Translations under genes and position numbers: made by a program
Notes under the pieces: model-generated
The model's database searches: none
What the model was told of the DNA's origin: nothing
The model's input: only the letters and a program-made list of their open reading frames with translations
Shown: in pieces, positions 19,705 to 28,887 of the stretch
Position numbering within the stretch: position 1 is the stretch's first letter
Layout: each line of letters opens with the position of its first letter
NCBI GenBank assembly: GCA_040882355.1
Contig: JBBEBM010000042.1
Location: 17,309-81,308, forward strand
Origin: Dehalococcoidia bacterium
Lineage (GTDB): Bacteria; Chloroflexota; Dehalococcoidia; DSTF01; RBG-16-68-14
Direction: 5' to 3'
DNA length: 64,000 nucleotides

Positions 19705-20245
19705 GTGCCTGGATGCAAGATGGCCTCCACAATCAGCCCATCGAGTTCTGCTCTGTTCTCAATTGTCGGCTGCGGGTAAGTCCTCTCGTCCAAGTACTCT
19801 GCACGCGGTGCCCTCAATCTATCGTGTACCGACAGGAAGCCCTTGCCAACTGTCATTTCGACACCCGTGAACCGCTTCGCCAAAGTAAAGCCGACTCTGG
19901 CGACAGCCCGGTCGCTCTCAAGCCGCACACGGTAGGCAACGCAGAATCTCTTATGAAGCCATGTCTTCCGTGGGTTGAGATCGAAATACTGGTCGAAGGG
20001 GTCTCATCTACGTGCATTTGGGCGTTCCAGTTGCGATAGCTCGGAAGTAATCTAAGAGCTTCCTCTATCGATCCCTGGATCCCCGCTGCGTAGCTGAACT
20101 CGTTTACCTCAGTCCGGGCGGCTGTATACTCCCGAAGTCGGTGCTCATCTCTTTCTCGGTGACGCCGCTCCTCGCCCGATTGCTTAAGTTCGTCCTCAGC
20201 AAGGGCTCGGCGGAACCGTCCGTCCAAACTCATCATGTCCTCCAC
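19650..20245 (-). pseudogene. low-GC region with two overlapping minus-strand ORFs in different frames (probable frameshifted or degraded gene)
   Basis: ORFs 19853..20245 and 19650..19928 overlap out of frame. GC is visibly lower than in flanking DNA. Confidence 0.25.
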
Positions 20246-20308
20246 AACCTTTTCGCATCCCTCACACCAGCTCCTTCACCTTCTCCGCCGGCGACCGCGT
20301 GACGCGGC

Positions 20309-20672
20309 TTACTTCTCTTGTTCCAGGCGCTCCAGCAGCCACATGCGCGCGAGGGTAGACGCGCCCATCCCCTTCTTGCGTCCCGCCTTCGGGAGTAGAT
20401 CGATTCGTCTTCGCATCGAGGCGCACTCCCGGGATGTGCCCGAGCGGCCGCGTCACCGTCAACCGCTTCAATTCCTTCCACTCGCCGTAGTCCAGCGGGC
20501 TGTGCGTGTCCCGGAACTCCGCCTCTTCTTCGCGCGACGTGAACTCAAGGACTTCGCCGCTCACTTTGGGATGTGTCCGATGCCAATTCCGAGCTTCTTC
20601 TTCGCCTGCCCGATCTTCGTGGTGACGTTGTCCTGGTGCGGACCGAAGCGTGCGAGCTGCTTCTTCAGCCAC
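20309..20672 (-). pseudogene. BrnA-like (RHH/CopG-type) antitoxin gene, copy 1, disrupted by a 1-nt indel
   Basis: It has the N-terminal SREEEAEFRDTHSPLDYGEWKE motif. Shifting frame by one restores a C-terminal RHH, ...KKGMGASTLARMWLLERLEQEK*, ending at TAA 20309-20311. Confidence 0.5.
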
Positions 20673-20967
20673 CTGCCGCTGTAGGCAAGCTCATAGAGCG
20701 TCCAGATAGCATCTTCGGTTCGGCCAAGGGACTGCGCCAGGTTCGCTACATTCGCTCTCGTAGGTACAAGCGACAAGACCAGTTCGATCTCCCCTCGCGT
20801 GTAAGGATCAAAGGCCTTTGGCACTCCTTCTCGTTTGGTTTTCATGGAACTGTCACCTCCTCCAAGGTCGACATCTGCAATCTGGGCAGGATTGTACCAG
20901 ACCAGTGGTCACCCTCACACCGTCTCCTTCACCTTCCCCGCCAGCGACCGCGTGAGCGAGCGCGGCC

Positions 20968-21252
20968 TACTTCTCGTCTTCCAGGCGCTCGAGGAGCCGC
21001 ATACGCGCGAGGGTCGACGCGCCCATCCCGCTTTTTGCGTCCCGCCTTCGAGAGTAGATCGATCGTCTTCGCGTCGAGGCGCACGCCCAGGATGTACCCG
21101 AGCGGCCGCGTCACCGTCAACCGTTTCACTTCCTTCCACTCGCCGTGGTCCAGCGGACTGTGCGTGTCCCAGAACTCCGCCTCTTCTTCACGGGACTTGA
21201 AGCGCGGGATCTTCTTCGGCTTAGGCCCCGGTTTCACGCGTGGTGCAGCCAT
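20968..21252 (-). pseudogene. BrnA-like antitoxin gene, copy 2, frameshift at an A5 run
   Basis: MAAPRVKPGPKPKKIPRFKSREEEAEFWDTHSPLDHGEWKEVKRLTVTRPLGYILGVRLDAKTIDLLSKAGRKK is followed, after a +1 shift at CGCAAAAAG, by GMGASTLARMRLLERLEDEK* (stop 20968-20970). Confidence 0.5.
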
Positions 21253-21261
21253 CCTCAGCGC

Positions 21262-21657
21262 TTAGACACCCTCGCTCGGTTCGCAGACGCGGACGGTTCC
21301 ATCTGGTTCGACGAAGAGCCAGTAGAGCGGCAGGGCCTGCCGCACCCTCGGGCTCACCTTCCTACACTGATGGAGGAATTGCGGGATAGCTGGGACCGCA
21401 AGAGCATACCGACTCGTTTCATCCCTCATTTGCTGCAGGATTTGTCCCAGCCCAGTGCGAAAGTCGAGTCCGATGTCAGCGGTCTGCCCTTTGGCCTCTA
21501 CTACCCATCGCTCTCCTGTTGTAGGGTGGACGCTCGTAAGATCCGCTGTTCCTTCTGAGGTGGGACGAAAGCCGGCCTTGAGGAAATGCGCTTCGATCGA
21601 TTGTTGAACGAATCCCTCATTCGGGTACTCGGTGCCACGACGATAGGTCCGGCCCAT
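21262..21657 (-). CDS. hypothetical protein with a PD-(D/E)xK nuclease-like motif
   Basis: The product contains ...GTADLTSVHPTTGERWVVEAKGQ... (D...EAK). It sits directly upstream of BrnA-like copy 2 and is co-oriented with it. Confidence 0.35.
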   Translation of the reverse strand: MGRTYRRGTEYPNEGFVQQSIEAHFLKAGFRPTSEGTADLTSVHPTTGERWVVEAKGQTADIGLDFRTGLGQILQQMRDETSRYALAVPAIPQFLHQCRKVSPRVRQALPLYWLFVEPDGTVRVCEPSEGV

Positions 21658-21661
21658 CAGT

Positions 21662-23542
21662 CTACACCAGCTCCTTCACCTTCTCCGCCAGCGAGCGCGT
21701 GAAGCCGACGGTCGACGCGATCTCATCGATGGGGGCGTCGCGGATGCCCTTCACCGAGCCGAACTTGCGCAGCAGCGCCCGCTTCCGCTTCGGCCCGACG
21801 CCCGGCACGGCGTCGAGCGCCGACTGCACGGCCGCCTTCTTGCGCAGGCCGCGGTGGTAGGTGATCGCGAAGCGATGCGCCTCGTCGCGGACGCGCTGCA
21901 CCAGGTAGAGCGCCTGCGACGTCCGCGAGAGCACGATCGGCTCCGTCATGTCCTTGACGAACAGCTCCTCGTTGCGCTTCGCCAGGCCCGCCGCCGGGAT
22001 CTGCTCGACGCCCAGGTCGCGCATCGCGTCGAGCGCGGCGTGGAGCTGCCCCTTCCCACCATCGACGATCAGCAGGTCGGGCAGCGTCTGGAACGACGCG
22101 TCCTCGCGCCGGGCCGCGCGGCCCCCCGCCCGTGCGCCGTCATCCTCGCTCGAGCCGTCGCGCTCAGGCGGGGCGGTCGCGCGGCGGAAGCGGCGCTTGA
22201 GCACTTCCGCCATCATGGCGAAGTCGTTCGAGCCTTCGACCGTGCGTATCTTGAAGCGACGGTACTCCTGCGGGCGCGGCTGGCCGTCGGTGAAGACGAC
22301 CATGCTACCGACGGCGTTCGTGCCCTGGATGTTCGAGATGTCGTAGCACTCGATGCGGCGCGGCGAGTCCGGGAGGTTCAGCTCCTCCTCCAGCTCGTCG
22401 AGCGCGGCCTGCGTCTTCGACGTGTCGGCGAGCCAGCGCGCTTTCGCCTGTTCGAGCGCCTCGCGGGCGTTCGCCTCGGCCATCTGAACGAGTTTGCGCT
22501 TCTCGCCGCGCTCGGGCACCAGCAGCCGGACGACGCCACCGCGACGCTCCGTGAGCCACGACGCGAGCAGCTCTGACTCGGGGACGGCGACCGGCAGCAG
22601 GATGCGCTTCGGGATGTAGGTGGCCGAGCCGTAGAACTGCTTGAGGAAGCTGGCGAGCACCTCCGCGTCGGGCTCGTCCTTCGCGCCGTCGAGCGTGAAG
22701 TGGTCGGTGGCGACGAGCTTCCGGCCGCGCACGAAGAGCGCCTGCACCATCGCCTCGGTGTCCGTGCGGGCGAGGCCGAAGACGTCTTCGTCCGCCGGCT
22801 TCGTCGACGCGACGGTCTGCGTCTCGGTGACGCGTTCTATCGCGCGGAGCTGGTCGCGCAGGCTGGCGGCGCGTTCGAACTCCAGCGCTTCGGACGAGGC
22901 GTCCATCTGCGTTCGCAGCGCGCGCACGACTTCGTCGGTGCGGCCTTCGAGGAACATGATCGTCTGGCGGATCACCTCGGCGTACTCCTCCTGCGTGGCG
23001 AACGACGAGCACGGAGCGATGCAGCGGTGGATGTAGTACTCCAGGCACGGCCGAGGGTCGTCGCCGGTGATCACCTTCGTGCACGTTCGCCAGGGGAAGA
23101 GCTTCTTGGTGATGTCCAGCGTCTTGCGCACCGAGCCGGCGCTGGCGTACGGCCCGAAGTAGCGCGCGCCGTCCTTCTCCACGCGACGCGTGATGTAGAC
23201 GCGAGGGAACGGGTCCGTGAGGTCGACCTTCAAGTAGGGGTAGTGCTTGTCGTCCTTGAGGCGCACGTTGTAGAAGGGCTGATGGCGCTTGACGAGCGTC
23301 GCCTCCAGGAAGAGCGCCTCCTGCGCCGTGTGGGTGACGATGTACTCGAAGTCGGCGATGGCGGCGCGCAGGCTGGCGAGCTTCGCCTCCATGCTGTGGG
23401 CGGCGCCGAAGTACGAGCGCATCCGGCTGCGCAGGTTCTGCGCCTTGCCGACGTAGACGACCTGGCCGCGGTCGTTGCGGAAGACGTAGACGCCGGGGCG
23501 CTGCGGCACCGACTTGAGCCGTTCGACCAGCGGTTCGGGCAT
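21662..23542 (-). CDS. uvrC: excinuclease ABC subunit C
   Basis: It has an N-terminal GIY-YIG domain (GVYVFRNDRGQVVYVGKAQNLRSRMRSYF), the UvrC centre and a C-terminal HhH. The product ends ...SLAEKVKELV. Confidence 0.92.
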   Translation of the reverse strand: MPEPLVERLKSVPQRPGVYVFRNDRGQVVYVGKAQNLRSRMRSYFGAAHSMEAKLASLRAAIADFEYIVTHTAQEALFLEATLVKRHQPFYNVRLKDDKHYPYLKVDLTDPFPRVYITRRVEKDGARYFGPYASAGSVRKTLDITKKLFPWRTCTKVITGDDPRPCLEYYIHRCIAPCSSFATQEEYAEVIRQTIMFLEGRTDEVVRALRTQMDASSEALEFERAASLRDQLRAIERVTETQTVASTKPADEDVFGLARTDTEAMVQALFVRGRKLVATDHFTLDGAKDEPDAEVLASFLKQFYGSATYIPKRILLPVAVPESELLASWLTERRGGVVRLLVPERGEKRKLVQMAEANAREALEQAKARWLADTSKTQAALDELEEELNLPDSPRRIECYDISNIQGTNAVGSMVVFTDGQPRPQEYRRFKIRTVEGSNDFAMMAEVLKRRFRRATAPPERDGSSEDDGARAGGRAARREDASFQTLPDLLIVDGGKGQLHAALDAMRDLGVEQIPAAGLAKRNEELFVKDMTEPIVLSRTSQALYLVQRVRDEAHRFAITYHRGLRKKAAVQSALDAVPGVGPKRKRALLRKFGSVKGIRDAPIDEIASTVGFTRSLAEKVKELV

Positions 23543-23689
23543 GGCGATTCCATGGTAGCGAATCGGCCCTCACCCCCAACCCCTCTCCCGCCTTGCGGGC
23601 GAGGGGAGCGGGCCGCGGCCAGAGGGCGCTGCTGATTCTCATCCTGAGCTTGTCGAAGGGTGCCCTCCCTCGGCCCCAGTCCCGCGCGT

Positions 23690-24075
23690 TTTGTGGCAGT
23701 ACGTTTTGCAAAATCGCCTTTTCTGGCGAAGCACCTCGAATCACCTCCTGCGCGGGAGTCTGGCGGGCGGGCGCTGAGCGAAGCACGCCCTCGCCGGCTT
23801 GTCGAGTATGAGGATACGGGCGCGGCGGGAGATCTCGAAGGGGGCGGCGGCAGCGGCAATGCCCGATGCCTTAACCGCGCGTCTTGTGTCATTACGTTTT
23901 GCAAAAGCGCCTTTTTCGAGCGGATCGCCTCGAATCACCCCGCGCGCCGAATCCAGCGCACCGGCGCCGAGCGCTGTACGCCCTCGCCGGGTTGTCGAGT
24001 GTGAGGATACGGGCACCGCGGGAGAGCGCGAAGGGGGTGGTGGCGCGGTGCTTGACATCCGCCGGCGCGGTGGTA
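23690..24075 (+). repeat. two tandem copies (~193 bp each) of the dispersed repeat family (cores ACGTTTTGCAAAATCGCC / ACGTTTTGCAAAAGCGCC)
   Basis: Copy 1 (~23690-23882) and copy 2 (~23883-24075) align with each other and, in reverse complement, with 8040-8205 and 34130-34330. Confidence 0.7.
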
Positions 24076-24079
24076 TGCT
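24052..24079 (+). promoter_or_regulatory. sigma70-like promoter TTGACA-16-TATGCT for the RCC1-repeat gene
   Basis: Seen in sequence at the end of repeat copy 2. Confidence 0.35.
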
Positions 24080-24122
24080 GTGAGGCGATTGGTGGCTGTT
24101 TTCCCCCACACGGAGGTGTGGC

Positions 24123-27100
24123 GTGCGACTCTTGCATATCGTAGCGGCCGTAGCTGGTGCGGTTCTGATCGTAGCCGTTATCCTAAGTGCTTCGTCACGC
24201 CCGGATGCCATTCTGGCCTCTGGCGCAACTGAGATCTCCGCCGGTGGAAGTCACACCTGTGCACGGACAGCGCTTGGAGACGTGAGGTGCTGGGGCCAGA
24301 ACCTGGTAGGACAACTAGGGAACGGTTCGTTCTCGGGGCCAACAGACGCGAATCCAATTCCGGTGGAGGTGTTGGGGCTGGAAGGCAGCGCAGTGATGGT
24401 GTCCGCCGGCGGACTCCACACGTGCGCTGTCACGGTGATCGGCGGCGTGAAGTGCTGGGGCGACAACTTTAGCGGGCAGTTAGGCGATGGCACAACACTG
24501 GAGCAACAGCCCCCTGGCCGGGCGATTCCCGTGGACGTGGTGGGCCTCGGCAGCGGCGTTGAGACTGTCAGCGCCGGCGGCTCGCACACGTGCGCTCTAA
24601 CCGCGGAGGGAGGAGTGAAGTGCTGGGGTGGAAACGAATTTGGACAACTAGGTGATGGAACGACCACTAATCGAGCCTTACCGGTAGATGTGGAAGGGCT
24701 CAGCGAAGGCGCAACGGCAGTGGCGGCGAGTGGTTTCCACAGCTGTGCCCTCATCGCGTCGGGAGGCGTCAAGTGCTGGGGCAATAACCAGGATGGGCAA
24801 CTGGGGAACGGAATGTTTGCTAACAGTGCGATCCCCGTTGACGTGGCCGGGTTAGATGATCCAGTGGTCAAACTAACAGCCGGGTTGGGCTATGATGGCC
24901 ACACCTGCGTCTTAACCGCAAAGGGAGGTGTGCGGTGCTGGGGTGGGAACGAGAATGGACAATTGGGTGATGGAACGACGATTGACAGAAGTACACCAGT
25001 TGGCGCGGCGGGACTTGCAAGCAGCGTGACCGGCGTGTCCGCGGGCGGCGGGGGATCCATCGCGCCGTTTGCAGGACACACGTGTGCGATCACCGAGTCG
25101 GGTGGGCTGAAGTGCTGGGGTGGGAACAACTCTGGCCAGCTGGGCGACGGAACGACTACGCAGCGCCTGGTTCCAGTCGATGTGACAGGATTGAGCGCAG
25201 ACGTGTCTCGCATATCGGCTGGAGGCGGCGGCGGATGGTCGCCGTACAGCGGCCACACATGCGCGGTAGCGACTGACGGCCGCGTGAAGTGCTGGGGCGG
25301 GAATCAGTATGGACAGTTGGGTGATGGTACGGATACCGCTTCCACCTCGCCGGTGGAGGTGGTTGGATTCAGTGTGAAGCCGACGGCTACGCCGACCGGA
25401 ACGTCTACACCGTGCGGGCCAGAAGGATGTCCTACACCGACGACGACCTCGACGCCTACAGCTACGAGAACGCGGACGCCTACGTCCACGCCGACCAATT
25501 CAGCCACTCCTACCATGACGGCCAGTCCCACAGGCTCAGCGACCAGCACTGCGACGAGGACGAACACGAGGACCGCTACGTCTACTCCATCACCGACCGG
25601 AACCCGAACACCCACGCCAACACGGACACCATCCGCCACGCCGACGGCAACCCCTGTGAAGGAGGGCTTGAAGGTGAAGGTGCTGGCACCGAATTTCGTG
25701 AGCCCGGGCCAGACCTTCAATTACGTGGTCACGTATACCAATGGTGCAACTTCTCCTATAGCCGATGCGAAGCTGATCAGCCGGCTTCCATCTACGGCCA
25801 CGTTCAATTGGTCGTGGCCGCCGGGAACCTACGATGCAGAATCGCGTACCGTCTCTTGGGACCTTGGAGCAATCAGCCAGGAGAGCAGCGGATCGTTTTC
25901 GGTTAGTGTCGTGACAAATTGGGGCCTGTCGGTGGGCACAGTCCTGGAGAACCTGGCTAGCGTGGAGCAACAGGGAGCTCCTGCGGAAGCGAGCTCTGCG
26001 CACCAGTCGACAGAAGTCGCTAGCGCTGGTGCGTTTCGGCTGCCGTTTGTTGGCCGCACGAGAGCGTCGACCTACGCTGGTCATGGCGAAGCTCTGGACT
26101 TCTGGATGCACCGCCCATCTGTGGACAACTCATGGAACGGCGAAGTCAGGGCAGCGCAGCGCGGTGTGGTCGTGTACGCGCAGATGAATGTCGCAGGTGG
26201 TTCGAGCTCCGCCTGCCCAGGTAGACCCGTTGGTTACGGCAATCTCGTGGTCCTGGAGCACCACATCAAGGGCGTTCGGTACACCACCCGATATGCGCAC
26301 CTCAGCACCTTCAACGTTAGAGTGGGGGAACAGGTACCGCAAGGGTACCTAGTAGGCACCTACGGCGATACTGGCTGTACTTTTTCGGCGACAGGTGACG
26401 CGAGACACCTTCACTTCGAGCTTCGGAAGGGCGGTGCATTCTGTCCACCACATCCCACGGCCTGCCCGTCAGTCTTCAGTGGCTCTGAGCTGGATATTAC
26501 CGGACTAAGCGGGATAACGAGCGTCGGCAGCCCAAGCGGGGGCGGAGATGCAACGGGGGCTCCGCTTGCTGCTTCGGGCCAGCTCAATCAGACACGGATA
26601 GTGGTGGCCAGCGATCCTAATGCGAAGCATGCCGACCGTGAGTTCGCTGAGCATGGTGACACGGTAAACTTCACTATCGAATTCGAGAACGAGGGTGAGG
26701 GCATCGCTTTCGGTGTCAATGTTGTGGACACGCTGGACCAGGACCTCGATGTTTCTACTCTACTGCTCCCGGAGGGAGAAGGCGGAATCTACGACGCTGC
26801 CACGAGGACAATCGCGTGGGACTTAGGTGAGGTGGGGCCAGGCGAAGGCGGGGAGTTGCACTTCATCGCCAACGTGCACGGCGATGCAGAATGTGGCGAC
26901 GAGGTGATGAACTCGGCGACCGTGAACTTCCCGAGCGTACCGGAAGTGACGACTACGAATGGCGTTTCCGTGGTGGTCATCGGTTCCGGGTGCGACCTCG
27001 ATTCCGACACCTTGCCTGATCTGATAGACAACTGCTCGATAATGTCGAATGGTCCTGCTCAAGCCGCCATTCCTGGCGTAGGGAACCAGACCGACAGTGA

Positions 27101-27707
27101 CAGTGACGGGGATGGAGACGCCTGCGACAATGACGACGACAACGACGGCATGCTGGATGCTTCCGAAGTCTTCTACAGCTGCATGGACCGCGTTGTGGCC
27201 GACGCTTCACTTGACTACGATGGCGATGACCTCGCCAACGCAGCCGAAATGAGCTTGTGGAAGACCTTTGGACTGAGCACGGATCCTTGCGACGCGGACA
27301 CGGACAGCGATGGATGCCTCGACGGGCGAGAGGTACTCACTCAGGCTGGCACGCAGGTGTCCGGCGGCCGCCGGGATCCCCTGTACTTCTGGGACTACTT
27401 CGACGTGCCGACAGGCTTGCCGCCGACGCGCGACGGTGCCGTGAGTGCGGGAGATGTTGCTGGGGTGGTGGCCCGGTTCGGCTCAAACGACGATGCGCCC
27501 GGCACTTTCGATCGCGGGAGCGATCCCCTGTCCGCTCCGCAGGCGCCAGTGCAGCCCTCGGGCGCCCGGGCCAACTACCACCCCGTGTACGACAGAACCG
27601 GCGTGACGCCAGGCGGCGAGACTTGGGATCTCCTGCCGCCGAACGGTTCTATAACGTCGGGAGACCTTGCGGCGGTTGTGGCACAGTTCGGCCACAGTTG
27701 CATCTAG
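24123..27707 (+). CDS. secreted multidomain protein: signal/TM, 7x RCC1 repeats, T/P linker, DUF11-like, M23 peptidase, DUF11-like, TSP3-like Ca-binding repeats, dockerin-like C-terminus
   Basis: RCC1 repeats follow CWGxNxxGQLG(D/N)G. The T/P linker is at nt ~25390-25650. The M23 domain has HLHFEL (nt ~26090-26450). Asp-rich DxDxDGxxD repeats precede the C-terminal ...WDYFDVPTG...AGDVAGVVARFG...SGDLAAVVAQFGHSCI. Confidence 0.7.
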   Translation: MRLLHIVAAVAGAVLIVAVILSASSRPDAILASGATEISAGGSHTCARTALGDVRCWGQNLVGQLGNGSFSGPTDANPIPVEVLGLEGSAVMVSAGGLHTCAVTVIGGVKCWGDNFSGQLGDGTTLEQQPPGRAIPVDVVGLGSGVETVSAGGSHTCALTAEGGVKCWGGNEFGQLGDGTTTNRALPVDVEGLSEGATAVAASGFHSCALIASGGVKCWGNNQDGQLGNGMFANSAIPVDVAGLDDPVVKLTAGLGYDGHTCVLTAKGGVRCWGGNENGQLGDGTTIDRSTPVGAAGLASSVTGVSAGGGGSIAPFAGHTCAITESGGLKCWGGNNSGQLGDGTTTQRLVPVDVTGLSADVSRISAGGGGGWSPYSGHTCAVATDGRVKCWGGNQYGQLGDGTDTASTSPVEVVGFSVKPTATPTGTSTPCGPEGCPTPTTTSTPTATRTRTPTSTPTNSATPTMTASPTGSATSTATRTNTRTATSTPSPTGTRTPTPTRTPSATPTATPVKEGLKVKVLAPNFVSPGQTFNYVVTYTNGATSPIADAKLISRLPSTATFNWSWPPGTYDAESRTVSWDLGAISQESSGSFSVSVVTNWGLSVGTVLENLASVEQQGAPAEASSAHQSTEVASAGAFRLPFVGRTRASTYAGHGEALDFWMHRPSVDNSWNGEVRAAQRGVVVYAQMNVAGGSSSACPGRPVGYGNLVVLEHHIKGVRYTTRYAHLSTFNVRVGEQVPQGYLVGTYGDTGCTFSATGDARHLHFELRKGGAFCPPHPTACPSVFSGSELDITGLSGITSVGSPSGGGDATGAPLAASGQLNQTRIVVASDPNAKHADREFAEHGDTVNFTIEFENEGEGIAFGVNVVDTLDQDLDVSTLLLPEGEGGIYDAATRTIAWDLGEVGPGEGGELHFIANVHGDAECGDEVMNSATVNFPSVPEVTTTNGVSVVVIGSGCDLDSDTLPDLIDNCSIMSNGPAQAAIPGVGNQTDSDSDGDGDACDNDDDNDGMLDASEVFYSCMDRVVADASLDYDGDDLANAAEMSLWKTFGLSTDPCDADTDSDGCLDGREVLTQAGTQVSGGRRDPLYFWDYFDVPTGLPPTRDGAVSAGDVAGVVARFGSNDDAPGTFDRGSDPLSAPQAPVQPSGARANYHPVYDRTGVTPGGETWDLLPPNGSITSGDLAAVVAQFGHSCI

Positions 27708-27939
27708 GGGGCCACGCCCCACACCCGGCGCGAGGCGCCGCCACCGCCCCCTTCGCGCTCTCTCGGCCCGGCCCTACCCTAGACCTCGATAACTAGTCGT
27801 GGGCATGCGCCCGATTCGGGCGCCTCTCAGGTTCGCTCGCGGAGGCCGACTTACGTCATGACCAGCAAAGAGGCGCTCCTGCAAAGATCAATCAAACGCC
27901 CGCCCAGATTCACCACCGGCGCCACGCGGGCCCGGCCAG

Positions 27940-28000
27940 CTTCGGAGGTCGTCCCGTCAGAAAGGCGCTTTTGCCAAACGGCCTGGTCAAACAGAGAGCC
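27940..28000 (-). repeat. partial copy C of the dispersed repeat (GGCGCTTTTGCCAAACGG core)
   Basis: It aligns with the core of the other copies. Confidence 0.45.
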
Positions 28001-28137
28001 TGCCCGCCGCAGGAGGGCTTGCAGGGCAGGGTGGTGGGCGCGACCCGCGACCCGCGAGCCGCGACCCGGGGGCGCTGGTGGTCGCTCGGCGCGCTGTGCG
28101 CTAGACTGACGGCAACCTGGCGCCAAGGGAGGTTCGT

Positions 28138-28746
28138 GTGATGGGATTCCTGAGCTTCTTCGTCGCATCGTGGATCGGGCGGATCATCGGGCTGCTGCTG
28201 TCGCTGGTGATCCTGGCGGTCGCCTTCTTCGGGATCATCGGCGTCCTCGCCGCGACCGGCGGGCCCGGCGCCTGCACGCCCGGAGGCGGCCCAATCACCG
28301 TGAGCGACGCCAACGCCGCCGCGTTCCAGACCAAGTGGGACGCCTTCGCCGGCACGCTGAACAACGGCCAGCCGGCGACCGTCACCTTCAACGAGAGCGA
28401 GGTCTCGTCTCGCGCGAACCAGTGGGCGCGCGACGAGTCGATCGACTTCGACGCCGACATTCTCGTCTGCATCCACGACGGCTCCGGCGAGGCGACGGCT
28501 ACCTTCGGAGGCGGTTGGGTGGACTCAGAGGTGTCGGTCACCGGCACCGTGACCATCGAAGGCACGCACCCGCAGGCCCACGTCGACGACATCGAGCTCG
28601 GCAACGTGCCCGGCTTCATGATCGGGCCGTTCGAGGGTCGGATCGAAGACGCGATCCAGGAGGCGCTCGACATGATCGACCTCGACGAGCACACCTACAC
28701 CGTCACGCTCACCGAAGGCTCCGCGCAGATCGACGGCACGCCGTAG
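28138..28746 (+). CDS. hypothetical N-terminally membrane-anchored protein with a ~170-aa extracytoplasmic domain
   Basis: An N-terminal TM helix (FFVASWIGRIIGLLLSLVILAVAFFGIIGVLAA) is followed by a beta-rich soluble domain. Confidence 0.5.
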   Translation: MMGFLSFFVASWIGRIIGLLLSLVILAVAFFGIIGVLAATGGPGACTPGGGPITVSDANAAAFQTKWDAFAGTLNNGQPATVTFNESEVSSRANQWARDESIDFDADILVCIHDGSGEATATFGGGWVDSEVSVTGTVTIEGTHPQAHVDDIELGNVPGFMIGPFEGRIEDAIQEALDMIDLDEHTYTVTLTEGSAQIDGTP

Positions 28747-28747
28747 G

Positions 28748-28870
28748 GGAGCCGCCGCCAGAGCCCCACCCTGGGTCAAGGGTTCAGGGTCAAGGTTCAA
28801 GCCCGACCCGCAAGAGAGGGGTGGGCTGGCCTCGACCCCCGACCCCCGACCCCTGACCCCTGACCCCTGA
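28748..28870. terminator. imperfect long inverted repeat built from GGGTCAAGG / GACCCCT heptamer repeats between convergent genes; candidate bidirectional terminator
   Basis: gggtcaagggttcagggtcaagg ... cgacccccgacccccgacccctgacccctgacccctgaccctg. Confidence 0.35.
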
Positions 28871-28887
28871 CCCCTGACCCTGCGCCG

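Noticed and set aside
20561-20845. 94-aa minus-strand ORF overlapping the N-terminus of BrnA-like copy 1
   Set aside because: It overlaps the better-supported antitoxin reading frame out of frame and has no recognisable family. It may be part of the degraded cassette, but I could not support it as a real gene.
22305-23786. 493-aa minus-strand ORF in an alternative frame of uvrC
   Set aside because: uvrC is clearly encoded in the other frame (GIY-YIG and UvrC motifs). This frame is Arg/Pro-rich with no motifs.
28820-28870. Possible CRISPR array from the GACCCCT repeats
   Set aside because: The units are 7 bp with no spacers and total under 60 bp, so this is a micro-satellite or hairpin, not CRISPR. 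No cas genes are nearby.
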